DNA from: Carcharhinus amblyrhynchos
Lineage: Eukaryota
NCBI GenBank assembly: GCA_965287045.1
Contig: OZ336870.1
Coordinates: 116,994,001 to 117,058,000, forward strand
Direction: 5' to 3'
DNA length: 64,000 bases
Part shown: in pieces, positions 50,366 to 64,000 of the stretch
How the letters are laid out: every line of letters starts with the position of its first letter
How positions within the stretch are numbered: the first letter of the stretch is position 1
Position numbers and translations under genes: made by a program
The notes under the pieces: model-generated
The model's input: the letters and a program-made list of their open reading frames with translations, nothing else
Told to the model about the DNA's origin: nothing
Database searches by the model: none

Positions 50366-51396
50366 ACTCTGGGTCTAACAGAGCACAACCTGGGAATTGA
50401 CTAGAATCAGTAACAATGGAGTGTGCAAGCTGTGCTGAGGACTGAAAATGATGGCTTTGGACTTGCAACACAATAACCTCATATCGGGAGAGGCTGCCAT
50501 TCACTCATCACTTAATTTTGGGCAAGCAGTCTTACAGCATTGAACTCATACTGCTGTTGAGTGAGATGGAGAAAATGTAAGGCTAGGTCTCACCAGCACA
50601 CCTTCTGAAATTGCTCCCATGCCTGTGTAATGCTGTCAGCAAAGGATAGCATATGACTGAGGATGAAAAAGGTCAAGGACAAAATGTTTGCCTCTTCTGC
50701 CTTCTTTATCCTTTTTCAAGCAATAGGTTCCCTTTTAGAAGTATTTATGGACCAGGGTTTTACAGGGTGACTTGATCCCGTTCATTATCCGGAAGGTCAG
50801 GGGCAATCTTGCTTTGATCAGTCGCAAGAAACCTGACATGATTTTGTATGCATCAGGCAACTAACTGCCTGAGATTGGTGCTCCCGTTCCTTCAAAGGAT
50901 AATGTCTCAACCCCAAGAGCTTCCATTCAATTGAAGGACTAGCAACTCTTCAGTCTAAATAACCCCATGGCGAGTGGTAATCACTCCCAGGACTGCAACA
51001 AGATAGGAGCAGCAAATGGAGCAGCTCAACCAGTATGAAGGAGAGAATGAGTTTGGGGTCATCAGAGTCTTCAGGTTGGACTTTGAGAGGTCAGTGGGGA
51101 TAGCTGGAAGGGGCAGGGGACAATCTTTCCCTGGGAAAACCCTTGCTGTTGTGAGATAATGGCAGGGGCCTTTCATATGTCACAGGTTGCCTGATTATGA
51201 GGTCCTCCCCAAGACTGCATGATAGCTGCCAGAAAATACCTAGTCATTGCCCTATGTGGTGGAGTGCCTACCCACTGTTGGTTAAATCCCAGTGGCAACA
51301 GGGAAGTGATCTCTACAGCAGCTCACCAACACTCCTTCGACAACAACTTCCAAACCATGACCACTACCCAACAGAACAGACAAGGGCAGCAGATCG

Positions 51397-51664
51397 TAGA
51401 ATCATAGAATCCTACAGTGCAGAAGGAGGTCATTCGGCCAATCGACTCTGCACTGATCACAATCCCACCTATTCCTGTAATCTCACATGTTTACCCTAGC
51501 TAATCCCCCTGATCAATTTAGCATGGCCAATCTACCTAACCTGCACATCTTTGGACTGTGGGACGAAACCAGAGTACCCAGAGGAAACCCATGTAGACAA
51601 GGGAAGAACAGTGACCCGCGGCCAGAATTGAACCCGGGGCCCAGGCAGCAGTGCTAACCACTGT
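51397..51664 (-). mobile_element. HE1/V-SINE-type SINE
   Basis: Reverse complement of the family, with internal deletions. Confidence 0.85.
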
Positions 51665-51812
51665 GGGGCCATCTCCATCTGCACGTTCCACTTCAAGTCA
51701 CCCACTATCCTGACTTGGAACTATGTTGCCATTTGTTCATGGTCGCGAGGTCAAAATCCTGAAATTTCCTTCCTAACAGCATTGATGGTGTACCCACACC
51801 CCATGGACTGCA

Positions 51813-52112
51813 TTCATAGGGTCCCTATAGTGCAGAAGACGACCATTTGGCTCATCAAGCCTGTATTGGCAACAATCCGACCCAGATCCTATCCCCGTAA
51901 CTCCACGTATTTACCCAACTAATCCCCTGACACAAATGACAACTTAGCATGGCCAGTCTACCTAACCCGCACATCATTGAACTGTGGGAGGAAACCCATG
52001 CAGACACAGGGAGAATGTGCAAACTCCACAGACAGTTACCCAGGGCTGGAATTGAACTTGGGTCCCTAGCACTGTGAGGCAGCAGTGCTAACCATTATGC
52101 CATTGTGCCGCC
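51813..52112 (-). mobile_element. HE1/V-SINE-type SINE inserted in a LINE 3' tail (about 51690-52200)
   Basis: Reverse complement of the family. LINE tail ...catggactgca|...ggtcaagaaggcagctcatca continues across it. Confidence 0.85.
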
Positions 52113-53277
52113 CAATGGTTCAATGGGTCAAGAAGGCAGCTCATCATACCAAGGGCAGTTAGCTATGGGCAGTTTGGCCCAATCAATGATGCCCGTATCC
52201 CTCGGCTTAAAAAAAATTCAGACTCAGAATGCAGACAGTTTGTTTCATGTCTTATCCTATCTATTGGAAGAATGGAAGAAGACACTAAGAGGAAGAGCAT
52301 TGTCACCGGCATTGCAAGCTCATACAAACAACAAAGTGTACAATTATTCATTAATTAAATCAAATTAAATTGATATTACTCTCTACTGAACATATCTATA
52401 CACATAAGTCTAACACTTCAACACGGTTGGGGGGGTGGGGACAGGTGTAAGTTTTTCAATTAGCTATTAATCTGGTACCCACCCTTTTTGAATGTTCAAG
52501 ATTCATTGTGTGAGCCCACCAAAGTTAGTTTTATACTTGTCCTTCAGGACCTCCACTTTACCTCTGGTAGGTTTTACTGGTCAGTTTTACTGGTCAGGTT
52601 TCACTGACCAGTCTTGACCACTAGATGACCAAAGTTTTCTTGGGTCCAACTTGATCAAAAGGCCACCAACTGACCTATATTTATGAAGCATTTGTTTCAG
52701 TCTTTCTTTGAAGGGGGATATTGCAAAGATATGTGGCATAAAGCAAATATTTTTCTATGATTTGGTGTAATAACTTCAGAACTGATTTTCTTATAAGGCG
52801 CACACAACAGTATAATCTCAAATATCCTAAAGAATATTTTTTCATTTCTATTAATACACGATTCCACACTCAACACTCTTGCCTATGGGATTGTCACTCT
52901 GGCTGAGAGAGATAACATGGAAAACCTTAAACGCAAGAAATAATTAAGGAATATCTTTTAAAGATGCCCTGAAGAGGCTTAAAGAGGCTTGACTCTTTTC
53001 AGAAATCCCTCCTTAGTTCTGAAATGGGAATTTAGTTAGGATGGTTCCAAAGTATATTGATAAACTGTTAGAATACAAGTAATTCCTGGCACTGCTATAA
53101 ATTTAGCACTTGATATCACAAACAGGTTTTATGTACATAACAGCATGAGACAGGTAGAACCCTCCTAACTTTTTATTTAAGTTATGCCAATAAACCATGA
53201 TCATAATTCTGGACCAACGTTACACAGGAAAAAGATCCTTGTCCTCAATGTTTATTTTGTATAGGAATTAGGAGCTG

Positions 53278-54255
53278 CAGTAGGCAAATTCAGCCTTTCA
53301 AGTCTGCTCCCCCATTCAATCAGCTCATGTCTGGCTGATCTCTCCCTGGTCTCAAATCCACCTCCCCACCTATTCGCCATACCACTTTTTTTTTAAATTA
53401 GAAAAAATATCTATCTCCTTTTTAAAACCATTCAAAGATTCAGATTCCATTGTGCTACAGGGCAGTGAGTGCCACAAATTCACCACCCTCTGTGAGGAGC
53501 AGTTCCTCCTCACCTCAGATTCAAATCTACCTCAACCTATATCTGTGACATCTTGCTCAAGATTGCCCCATAAGAAAAATTTGGGGTGGGCCTCACTCGT
53601 CCCGGATCATAAAATCCCACCAAAGGTCATGGATCTTTCCATGGTCCACCTGTCACCCACTCTGATTCTAGTGGTGGGCGGGATGGTAAAATTCCAGCTT
53701 TGGTCTGCATTTACTTATCAATCACTTTAAAATTTTATATACCTCGATCCAATGCCCTCTCCTCCTTCTAAACGCCACAGAGTATAAGCTCAATCTGTTT
53801 AATCTCTCCTCATAGGTCAATCCCTTCATCCCTGGAATCAAACTAGGGAACCTCCGCTGAACTTCCTCCAATGCAACCACACCCTTCCTCAAATAAGGAG
53901 ATCAAAACTGGGCACAATACTCCAGATGTGGTCTCACCAACACCCGATACAATTGCAACAACACTTCTCTACTCTTATACCCCAGTCCCTTTGCAACAAA
54001 TGCCAATATCCCATTTTTGCCAAAATGGACAACCTCACACTTATCTACATTAAACTCCATCTGCCAAATTTTGGCTCATACACCTAGCCTATCTATATCC
54101 ATCTGTATAAACTTTATATCCTCTTAACTGCCTGTTTGCCCACCTATTTTAATATCATCTGCAAATTTTGCTATGTCACCCTCTGTTCCTGCTTGCAGAT
54201 CATATATGTAGATTGTGAACAGTTGAGTTCCGAGGACTGACTTCTATGGCATGCT
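53278..54255 (-). mobile_element. CR1-type LINE fragment with MITE-like insertion (about 53585-53698)
   Basis: Antisense tail taggaattaggagctgcagtagg; ccacaaattcaccaccctctg (antisense RVVNLW); aatatcatctgcaaattt (antisense KFADD). Confidence 0.85.
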
Positions 54256-56749
54256 GAGGTAAAATTGAATATTTTACAGATGGAACTCAGGGGCATAAAG
54301 GTTCAAATTCATGGGGTTATTCCCCATCAAGTTTCCACCCAATTTACCATCAGGTTAAAGTACTGGTTCATGGAGTGGGGATAATGGCTTCTGCTCCCCT
54401 TTGTCTTGATAACTGCTTTCAGCCCCAAAATCTCTGCACTCCTCCAACTCTGTCTTCTCGTGCATTCACAATTTTCATTACTCACCATTGAGCCATTTAA
54501 CTACCCAGGAATTCATTGTATAAATCTCTTCAAGTCACTCTTTTTAATCTAACTCACTGACCCCTTCTTAGGTCTGGACTGTTGCAGATTTGTGGAACCT
54601 ACAGGAATCTTTGAAAATGAAAGGCTGGACCCACATCCAGAAGTCCACCCCAATTTCCCACAGATTCTATGGGAGGAGGGGTAAGGTGTGGTGGTGGCTT
54701 GATTCACACAAAGGAGAGCCGAACTTGGCAGGGCCATTTGAACTCAGCGCTGAGTTCAAACAGACTCCATTTTTCCTGGTATCTGGGCCTTATCCCAGTG
54801 TGCATTTATGATTTTTTAGAGAGAAATAAATATGCGTGATGGACAGAAAAGGTCTGTAGAAGTGTCAAGCTGACGAGTCATTTGAAAATTGTAAAATAAA
54901 CTGCTTACCTATGTCTGTGAGAATGGAAAAATATCTGTTCTAGTCATTCCAATAGCTGTTTCTTGATATAATGTAAATACTATTGTAGCATTATTAATGT
55001 TTGACTGCATCCTGCAACTATTTATCATTGTCATTGTGAGGGTTGTAAGTTCATGGTTTGATTGACAGCTTGAAAAGGTTACCGAAGGATCAACTGTCTT
55101 TGATGTTTGTTTTTAAAATGGATTAAATACTTGAGGGGATTTAAATGTGTTGAGTAGATTTCTATGAACGAGAGTGTAGTTTTTTTTATATATAGCAAAG
55201 TTATCAATAGATGTTTCAAACTGTATTTTATTTAATCTCAGATTGGTTTCTGAGACCTGTCCATGGTGAATACTAAGGGAATGTAAGGGCACAGTGTAGT
55301 GGGTGGGGGTTCATGAATTGGCATTAGTTGGCATGTATGAGCATAGAGTGTGGTGGTGGAGGGGGAGGAGGGTGGGGGGAGGTGGTGTGAAAGGCTCTGA
55401 ATGATGAGGATTAGAGTACCTAATATTTAATAACATAGCTGGAACAAAAGTCCCAGAGAACCAAGGCAGCACTTGTCAGCTTGTGGACATGTCTGATCTT
55501 CATCCAGCAGTAGCAGGCCTCACTCCATCCCAGCCATGTTCCCATTCCCCCTAGTTGGTGCAGCTGGCTGGAAGATCTTCTGGCTCTGTACACCTGTCTC
55601 GGGAGTGAAAATCCAGGTTGTAAAACATCCTCGGTGGTTTGATATTGAATGTTTTCTGCTCCAATGAGTGACCTTGAGTCATTTTTCCTAAGATAAAGGA
55701 ACCACTTAAATGCAAGTTGCTATCATTTAATGTCATACATATGGCTTCGACAATTTGATGGCACATCTTCACTGTATCTTTGGGCTAATTCAGAAATTCC
55801 ACACAAGCTCCTGTTTAATAATTAGCCATTTATTTCAGTTCAGAGGAGGTTGTCTCTGTAGTGGACCCACAATATCCTTAAATGTGTAAATCAACAAAAG
55901 TAATTAATCCCAGAGGGATCAATTAACATCATTCCCAAAAAAAGGCACCACTTTCAATACTGGACACAGGTGTTGTTTAAATTACGGACCTGCAAATCCT
56001 TGGTTTACAGAAGTATACCAAAGTACATAATGGTGACCTCTGTCCCTGACCTGCTGGGGTCTGGGTAAGTTCACAAAATTTAAATACCACTCATCCGCAT
56101 ATCAATTTGTCTTTGGCAGAGAGTGCACAGCCAGCAACACAGCAATATTGATTTGGCAATGTTTGCGAGTGATGAGCCGGAGAGATGCATAACAGAGAGT
56201 TGGATTAGTATTGGCCAGTATATACTAATAGTCAGAATCAAAATGATCCCCTCTACCACCAGCATTCAGGTTGTTTTGGAAGAATAGGAATTTTCAGCTG
56301 CACCAGGCCTCTGTATCTAGTGGGAACTTGAGCAGATTTTTCGCCTGATACACCTCCTGAGCCTAAAGTGCATGATGAGAGAAGAGGATTTGTGGCCTAT
56401 TGTGGGATTTGCTGCCACAGCCGTCTTTTAGATAGACAAAGCTGACAGGAAAAAGGGAGGCCTTGAAAAGTGGTGAGATTTCAAATCAAATACTGTTACA
56501 AAGTAGATATCAGAGACAAGAAAATAAAAGGGTCAATTCCCCATCTGGGTTTTCCTATCAGGGAGTGCTGTGGAATATCGAGGACCCAATGCTTTATTTT
56601 TTATCCATTTGAAACAGGCAATGACGTTTCTCCTCAGGTGCACCATTCCTCATGGAGAATGCTAGTTAGGAATACAAACAAACAATTTTTGAAACACTGG
56701 AGAACATTTTTTTTCCTTGAGCGTTGCATTCCTTAAGAGTCTTGCGATC

Positions 56750-57275
56750 AATTCTAGTAGCTACATTACAGGAAGGATGTGGAGGCTTTGGAGAGGATGC
56801 AGAAGAGATTTATCAGGATGTTCCCTGGATTAGAAGTTATGAGCTATAAGGAGGCTGGGCAAACTAGGGATGTTTTCTCTGGACAGTGGAAGCTGAGGGG
56901 AGACCTGATAGAAATCTATAAAATTAAGAGCGGCATATTTAGGTTTGACAATCAGAATCTTTTTCCGAGAGTTGAAATGTCTTATACCGGGAGGCATGCA
57001 CTTAAAGTGAAAGAGGGAAGTTCAAAGGAATTGTGAGGGGCATGTTCTTTTTTACACAGAGAATGGTAGGTGTCTGGAATGCGTTGCCAAGGATGGTGGT
57101 GAAAGCAGATATGAAAGGGGTGTTTAAGGGGTTTTTACATAAGCACATGAATATGCAAGGAGTAGAGGGATATGGACCAAGGGCAGACAGAAGGGATTAG
57201 TTTACTTTGGCTTCATGTTCAGCACAACATTGTGGGTGAAAGGGCCTGTTCCTGTGCTTCATTGTTCTATGTTCT
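56750..57275 (+). mobile_element. CR1-type LINE 3' fragment
   Basis: EALERMQKRFIRMFPGL...LRGDLIEIYKI plus tail ttctatgttct. Confidence 0.88.
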
Positions 57276-59156
57276 AAAATATGTACAAACAAGAGATCTG
57301 GGCGGCAATTTTCCGATATGGCATATATTAGAATGGGGGCACAGGGGAAATCATCCAAATTCCTGACATGTCCTCCCAGTGTGGGAAGCTCGGAGTAGCG
57401 AGCATCAATTTGGAAAATGATCAGGGTCATTATAAAACTAACTTATGACACCGAGACACACAAGGAGATACTAGGTCAGATGACCAAAAGTTTGGTCAAA
57501 GAGGAAAGGGTTTTAAGGGGTGTCTTAGTGGAGTAAACTGAGATGGAAGGGTGGAGGTGCAAGGTGCAGGGATAGTATTCCAGAGCTTAAGGGCCTTTAA
57601 AATTGTTTGTCGCAATTATGGAACAATTATGCAGGGTAACGTAACATTGTTAGAATCTAACAGACATTATTTGATTGAAACAGTAATGCAGGCACATCAA
57701 CGTGTAGCAAGAAGAGTCAGGTATTACATTTTATGTATGTTTCTATGGATGAAGAATGCATAAAGAATCACGAGGTAGACTTGATAACTTGAACACTGGG
57801 AGCTCTGTATTGAAGGTGAGCATTCATTCACAGCCAGGTCTAAGACTGGCCACCAGAGTCCCACACTGTGAGGAGCTAATTGCCCACGGGGTCACTTGAC
57901 CCCTTTTAATGGGGCAGTCCACGCCCCAAATCCCAACATACAATATATCCTATTAATTTTCAATTGGTCGCACCAAAACTGCAAGACTGAATGTTTCTGC
58001 TTATTATCTTGCTACTACCTCAGCCTAGGTTTTTTGAAGAATGAAGTAAAAATACAACTAACATGTCCAGCAATTTATATTCCCTATTAACTTCAGTGGA
58101 TTGTAAGTTATGAAGCTACATGCCTTCAATTTCCCAAGCTGCACTGTCAGATTATAGAATTACTGCTGTATTTTCACCTCCAGGTCTGGGTTCACATCTA
58201 GGCTGCACTAATGCACTAACGACTGTATGTCTCCACTCATCATCAGGCAAAAGGATCAGAAGTTTTATACAATAGGGCAGGCGGACTGCAAAACCGCCCC
58301 AAAGTTTGATACTAATTGATGATTCCCTTCAGGAACGACAGTAAATATGGTATAGAGAAATAACCCACTAATCCAACGGACGCAGTGTTCTAAAGTTGCA
58401 GCTCCTACACCATTGAAAGTATAAAGTACAAACATCTTTCATATTCCTCACCCTGATGAACAGACTTTTTTCACATCACTTTTTTCATAGTATGTGGTCT
58501 TAACTGACATAAAATTATTGGCAACACTCCAGGAAAAAAAACTAAAGCTAACCACTGTGGGAAATTAAAAATGGATTTAAAAAAAGAATCTATGTCGGTC
58601 TGCTGTGCCACACGTGTACACTTCTATCTGTCAACCTGTCAAGCCCTTTTCTATGCAAGGTTGAATGATTTAACTATTAATGACAAACTGTTTTTGCAAT
58701 TATTTGCATGCTTTCCTTATTTTGCAGTTTGGCAATTATTGCTTTTAGGCATTCGACAATATTTCACTCGATACCAGATATGCTATAAAAGGACCTGGCA
58801 CTTGGCACGCACATTTGCTGCTTCTTCATACGATAGTGCATACAGCTTGGTAACAGTGAATATCCTTCAAGAATTTGACATAATGGTTCACATAAATGGA
58901 ATGCTGAAATAGAACGTCTTTTTTCCACTAGAATAATTTTTTTGATAATTACAAGTTATCACGCACAGATTTAACAACCTTTCTACGCACAGTCCCTTCC
59001 CCACAAGATGTTCCATTGGTGCTCATGCATGCAAATTTAAGAAGCAAGATCTTTCATACTATCCACAGTTCTGATGATAAGCATTTTGTGGAAGACGAAG
59101 CTTGGCCTTCCCAAATGTTTCCAACTAGAATCTCAAACTGACCGAACTGCACTAGA

Positions 59157-59491
59157 AATCAGAGAAACCCTACAGTGCAGACAGAGGCCATTCAGCCCAT
59201 TGATCTACACTGACAACAATCCCACGCCATGCCCTAACTCCACAATCCCGCACATTTACCCCTCTAATCTCTCTAACTACAAATCCTAGGGCACTTAGGG
59301 GCAATTTAACATGACCAATTAACCTAACCCGCACATCTTTGGACTGAGAGAGGAAACCAGAGCACCCAGAGAAACCCACGCACACGGGGAGAATGTGCAG
59401 GCTCCACAAAGACAGTGATCGAAGCCCGGAATTGAACTCAGCTCCCTGGAGCTGTGAGGCAGCAGTGCTAATCACTTTGCCACCGTGCCGC
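59157..59491 (-). mobile_element. HE1/V-SINE-type SINE
   Basis: Reverse complement of the family. Confidence 0.9.
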
Positions 59492-59854
59492 TCATTACTT
59501 ACAGACATGTAAAACAGAAAATGCTGGATAAAGTCAGCAGGTTTGTGGAGAGAGAAAGAGAGAAGGAGAGAGAGAAAGAGAGATAGGTAACGTTTCAAGT
59601 CCATATAAGCCTCCTAGAAGAGACATACGGACTCGAAAAATTAACTGTGTTTCTCTCTGCAGATGCAGTATTTGCTTTTAGGAAAATTGTGGCAGCTCAA
59701 TGATGTGTATCATCTTCTACAGTCACATAGAACATTTTTTTTTAACTGATGATCAGGAAATGTATCATTCAGCTTTTGAAACCCCAACAAGACGATCTGG
59801 CTCAGTTTAATACTCATTTGTTTATTTGATTTCTCATGTTGAAATAATAGAAGT

Positions 59855-60190
59855 AGGCGACATTGTAGCACAGTGGTTAGCACCGCTACCTCACAGTATC
59901 AGGGACCCGGGTTCAATTCCGATCTCGGAAGACTGTGTAAAGTTTGTATGTTCTCTTCATGTCTGCATGGGTTTCCTCCGGGTGCTCCAGTTTCCTCCCA
60001 AAGTCCAAAAATGTGCGGGTCAGGTGGATTGGCCAGATGAAATGCCCCTTAGTGCCCAAAGATATGTAGGTTAGGTGGATTAGCCATGGCAAATGTGTGG
60101 GGTTACAGGGGTGGGCCTGGATAAGATGCTGTATCAGAGAGTCGGTGCAGATTTGATGGGTCTTCTGTACCTTTAGATTCTATGGATTCT
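59855..60190 (+). mobile_element. HE1/V-SINE-type SINE
   Basis: Head, V-domain and tail. Confidence 0.9.
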
Positions 60191-61649
60191 AGTCCAACAT
60201 ACAGCAGTTGAAATGCTTCCTTGATGTCTGTGAAACTTAAGACAACGTTAGAGTAAATATTCTAATCAGTGCCCATGTATGTGTCATGTTTCAGAAGGAG
60301 TGCCAGTAAAATAACGGAACCAGCAAGAACACCGTGAATAAGCACTGAACCAAACTAAAAAGCCAGAAGAATGCAGGTGTTAGTGTTTCGGGCCAAGTTG
60401 CAAAAAAAGCAAATTTAGCCTAAAATAGAAGTTGAAGAATTGATTAATATTGACCCTCATTAGAGATACCAGTGCAAACATGCGAAGGTGAGTTAATTCC
60501 AGTCCAAAAGAATCCAAAGAGATGCTGAAACAGTAATTCAGCACCAGGGCAGAAACTTCTCTTCTTCATTGAGTGAATGGACAGGAAGCGAGATGCTGGA
60601 AAACATTAAAACCATGTTGTCTCCAGGATCTGACTGCCCGAAGAAAGAGATTTAATGACCTGAGCAGGATTGCGTGGCCCTGTAGATTCATACTTTGCTT
60701 CAGCTGCGTCAAACTTTCTCTCTCCCACTTACTGTGATTCTCTACAAGCGATCAGGGAACATTTAACTTCACCTTCTTTCTAACTATACAGACACCCTAT
60801 GAAGGTGCTATTGCGCATAAAACTCTCTCTCTCCCGTGTTCTCACTTGCTGTTTTATTTTTTGCTACAAAACACACAATGACAGGCTGCCTGAAGCATTT
60901 CAAAAGGCCTGGCATGGGACACACATTAATCCACTTCCGCTCTTCGTGTAGGAGAAATTGCCACAGAACAGGAGGGAGCGCATCATCACAGGAAGGGGTG
61001 CTGCCAGGCATTGCAAACCATCAAGAGCATTGGAAAAACAACACACTGCCTCAGGGATGGCGAGACTGGAGGTGTTTTGACATCTTCTCTTCCTTTTCAC
61101 TTTCTCACTCTCAGCCACACATCCAGCATGACAAGTGTGTGATGCATTATGCCACATGGTAATGTTTATCTGCTGGTCACTCCAGTCAGACAAACTGAGG
61201 AGACCTGAGCAGACGATGTCTCGCCACTTAATCTGAGCTGTCCAAGCACAACCCCAGAAAATGGCACTGCACAATGTCAGACGTAATGAGTTCAAAGGGT
61301 CAGCGCATGAGGATGACCAGACACAACCAGGCAGGGATTGACAGAGGAGTCGAGGACTCCCCAGGGAAGAGTTTACCAGAGGACCAACTCATATCATGGC
61401 TCTGCTTAAGAGGACAGAAGTACAGAAACTGTGGGCAAAGAAGAAAATTTATCTGCACAAGCAATTGATGAATTAATTGGAGTGATTACCAAGAAACTTC
61501 TGGTCTCGCTGTGTCAACAGGATTTCCCACTGTAGCCACCCCACACCATCAGGGTGCACTGCCAGTGGGACCAGACAATCTGCCACTAGCAACCAGCTGG
61601 AGTGTTCCAGCCTGGGCCTTGGTATACATTCCAGTGTTCTCAGACACAG

Positions 61650-62152
61650 TGCAGATAAATTGGGGCTATTTGCCTTGGAGAAGAGACAGTTAAAGGGAGT
61701 TTAGATGGAGGTTTCCAAAATCATGAAGGGTCATTGGCAGTAGATTGGGGAACTAGGGGACACTGATTAAGGTGGCTGGTTTAAAAAAAGCAGTAGTGAC
61801 ATAAGGAAAGGCGGGACTTTGCAGCCTCACTCAGGTGAAATTGGAAACTCCCGCCTGAGGTCAACAGAGATTTCTGTTGTCGGACCCTCGCCTGCTCCGA
61901 TTCCGTGGCGGGCGAGCTGGTCGAGTTCCGGCCAGTATGTAATTAAATTCTGGAAGATAATAACTTTGGTGTGCTGGAGTCAGTTTGAATTGAGGACTTC
62001 AAAAGAGAAGTGAATAATTTCTGAAGCAAAACATTTGCAGGGCTAGGGGGAAAAGGCAAGGGAGTGGGACTCGGTGAGTTACACTTCTAGGGAGCTAGCA
62101 GGGGCATGATCGGCCAAATGGCCTCCTCCTGCACTGTAACTATTCTATGATT
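61650..62152 (+). mobile_element. CR1-type LINE 3' fragment with MITE-like insertion (about 61810-61933)
   Basis: ttggggctatttgccttggagaagagacagttaaaggg (resembling LGLFSLEKRRLRG) and tail ggccaaatggcctcctcctgcactgtaactattctatga. Confidence 0.75.
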
Positions 62153-64000
62153 GTATAATTTACATGGCCATATAGTTGTTTGCAAGCCTTGCAGGATGTG
62201 ACACAAACACTGTTGCAATCTACTTACAGAACTGAACCCACTTTATGCATTATTATTCTGCAGGTATATTGTACAGGGTTTATACACACGGTTGTGAGGG
62301 AGAAGCACAACACAATGTTTCATTTGTTCTCCTTCCATTCACAGCACTGATTGCTCCCTCCTCCAACCCTTATTTCTCTTCCCAAAGTGTGATTCCCAGA
62401 AAGATCACCATAAAGAAGTGTGCAATGCCAGTAGCCTCCTTAAGACTTCAGAATCTGCAGCATCGACTACAAGCACTTTCAGTTTAAGCTACTAAAAACC
62501 ACAAAATAATGGAAAGGGTCCGTCTAAATTTTTGAGAAAAGACACATGAGGAATAATAGACAACCATTCAGCGTGTCAGGTCTGTTCTGTACATGGGCTT
62601 CTCTGCTATAGAATTTACAAAAAGCTTGACATTTCTCCATGTTCTCTGGACTTTTTGTGGCACATACATCGACTGTGATCAAAATGACAGGTGATCAAGC
62701 TGATACTAAAGCTAATGATAACCTGATCCAACACAGATTAAGTAATCAATCACAGAGGTCAGAGTGCCCATTTATTGCTGCCTCTGATTTTCCAGTCTTA
62801 AAAAATCATTGCTAGAAAATCCAAGATCTAAAGAGATAGGAACAGAGGTTTCTGCATCCAGTTCTCGGATCTGCATTCCCTTTCACCAAGACTGAATAGG
62901 AGTCAACTTTAAAGCTATATAGCCAGTAACTGCAGTGTTAAATTTATACTATTGAAGACAATTTATACATTGTTGAAATGAATGCCTCGAGGCCACTGTT
63001 AACCTATAGTTTTGCACGGGTTATATAATATGATTAGTTTGTTCACTTCAAGGCAATGGAATTTCAGCTGTCTCATGGGCCTGTGTGAGTCACAAAATCA
63101 AATTAATTGTAGTAATGGATGTGAATGTGTGATGTGTCTCTGTAGGGTGGTTGATTTTGTGGCAACTGGGGATGATCAATTTTCCGGCAGTTTGCCAGAA
63201 AATTGTGCACATTATAATCACGTCAGGGTATGCAGCAAAAGAATATAAATGGATAGAAAGTTAGATGGGTTTCTTGACAAGTACGTGATCCTCGCTTTTG
63301 GACTTTGTTCTATGAAGGATGATCAGCTGATCCAATATCTCAAGGGCAGGAACAGAAAAATCTACAGCCATGTCTCAAAATTGTTTTCAATGCTAAAGTA
63401 TTTCAATGCAATGCCAGTCATCATTGTGTATTGCAGCACCTAAAAAAGTATGGGCAAAGTGGATTTAAACCTCATTTTTGCTCAATAGAGTGACACGGAA
63501 TGACAGCACCTGCGACAGAAAAGGAGAAGTAGGAAGGCTAACTGTGCCTGAAAAACATTATTCCCTTCCTTTCCAGATAATCACAGGGTGTATTAGTAAT
63601 AACCTGGGAGTTTGGTATATGCCTGCATTGTAAAATCAGTCAGTTGACTGGAATATTAACAGGAAGTTCACCTGGACTTTCCTATAAAATAGTATTGCTC
63701 AGTATTCATCAGTTTATTAATTTTATAAAGCCAAGTTACCCCACATGGATTCCAACTGAAGACTCATCCTGGAATCCACCCAAGATCACAGATCTCTGAG
63801 ACATAAAACATTTTTTGCACTGCTGTCCTCACTGAGACACAATGCTATGAATCTCCATATGTACACACTCCAGCAACACTAACTCACCCTATCTCAAAGT
63901 TGTCCTTGTCTCCAGTTGCATTTCATTCTTCATCTGATTGACGGTGCTTTGACAAAACTTTTTTCTCTTCTTTTTAAGTATTAAAGAAAGAAAGCTGAGA

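Noticed and set aside
52572-52630. Short tandem ttttactggtcag repeat
   Set aside because: Only two or three decaying copies; ordinary slippage.
55591-55605. Minus-strand LPRQ match to the missing upstream NDST exon
   Set aside because: It continues LPRQVYR rather than LPRQTCGLF and has no suitable acceptor.
59511-59680. Additional hammerhead in a palindromic Penelope-derived element (also about 11020-11050)
   Set aside because: The core CUGANGA box is mutated, so an active ribozyme cannot be supported.
60540-61450. Possible Harbinger transposon remnants (RKRFNDL-like string at about 60640; also 47780-48100)
   Set aside because: Similarity is too fragmentary to define boundaries or family without a search.

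Overview
Eukaryotic genomic DNA, almost certainly from a shark (cartilaginous fish), judged from its repeat families: HE1/V-SINE-type tRNA SINEs, CR1-type LINEs, Penelope elements and Deu-type SINEs. The only host gene I can support is on the minus strand. It comprises the last eight coding exons of a heparan sulfate N-deacetylase/N-sulfotransferase of the NDST3/NDST4 type: exons at 34146-34328, 32605-32701, 27457-27580, 16612-16786, 16339-16509, 13575-13684, 6831-6933 and 4599-4721. All are GT-AG flanked and phase-compatible, totalling 1086 nt (361 aa plus stop). I found no upstream exon, so 34329-64000 appears to be one intron of more than 29 kb. The introns are dense with transposon relics. 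The most notable non-routine structures are: (1) a TSD-flanked Penelope-derived palindrome carrying two inverted minimal hammerhead-ribozyme motifs, with a perfect 5' splice site at its apex; (2) a Tx1-like LINE 3' end followed by two tandem tRNA pseudogenes; (3) a Gypsy element nested antisense inside another Gypsy, fused by a deletion; (4) a 21-bp heptapeptide-coding minisatellite of 18x21 bp between 10-bp direct repeats; (5) a 36-bp-arm intronic hairpin and two CTCF-like sites. All repeat calls are by eye and their boundaries are approximate. No database searches were run.
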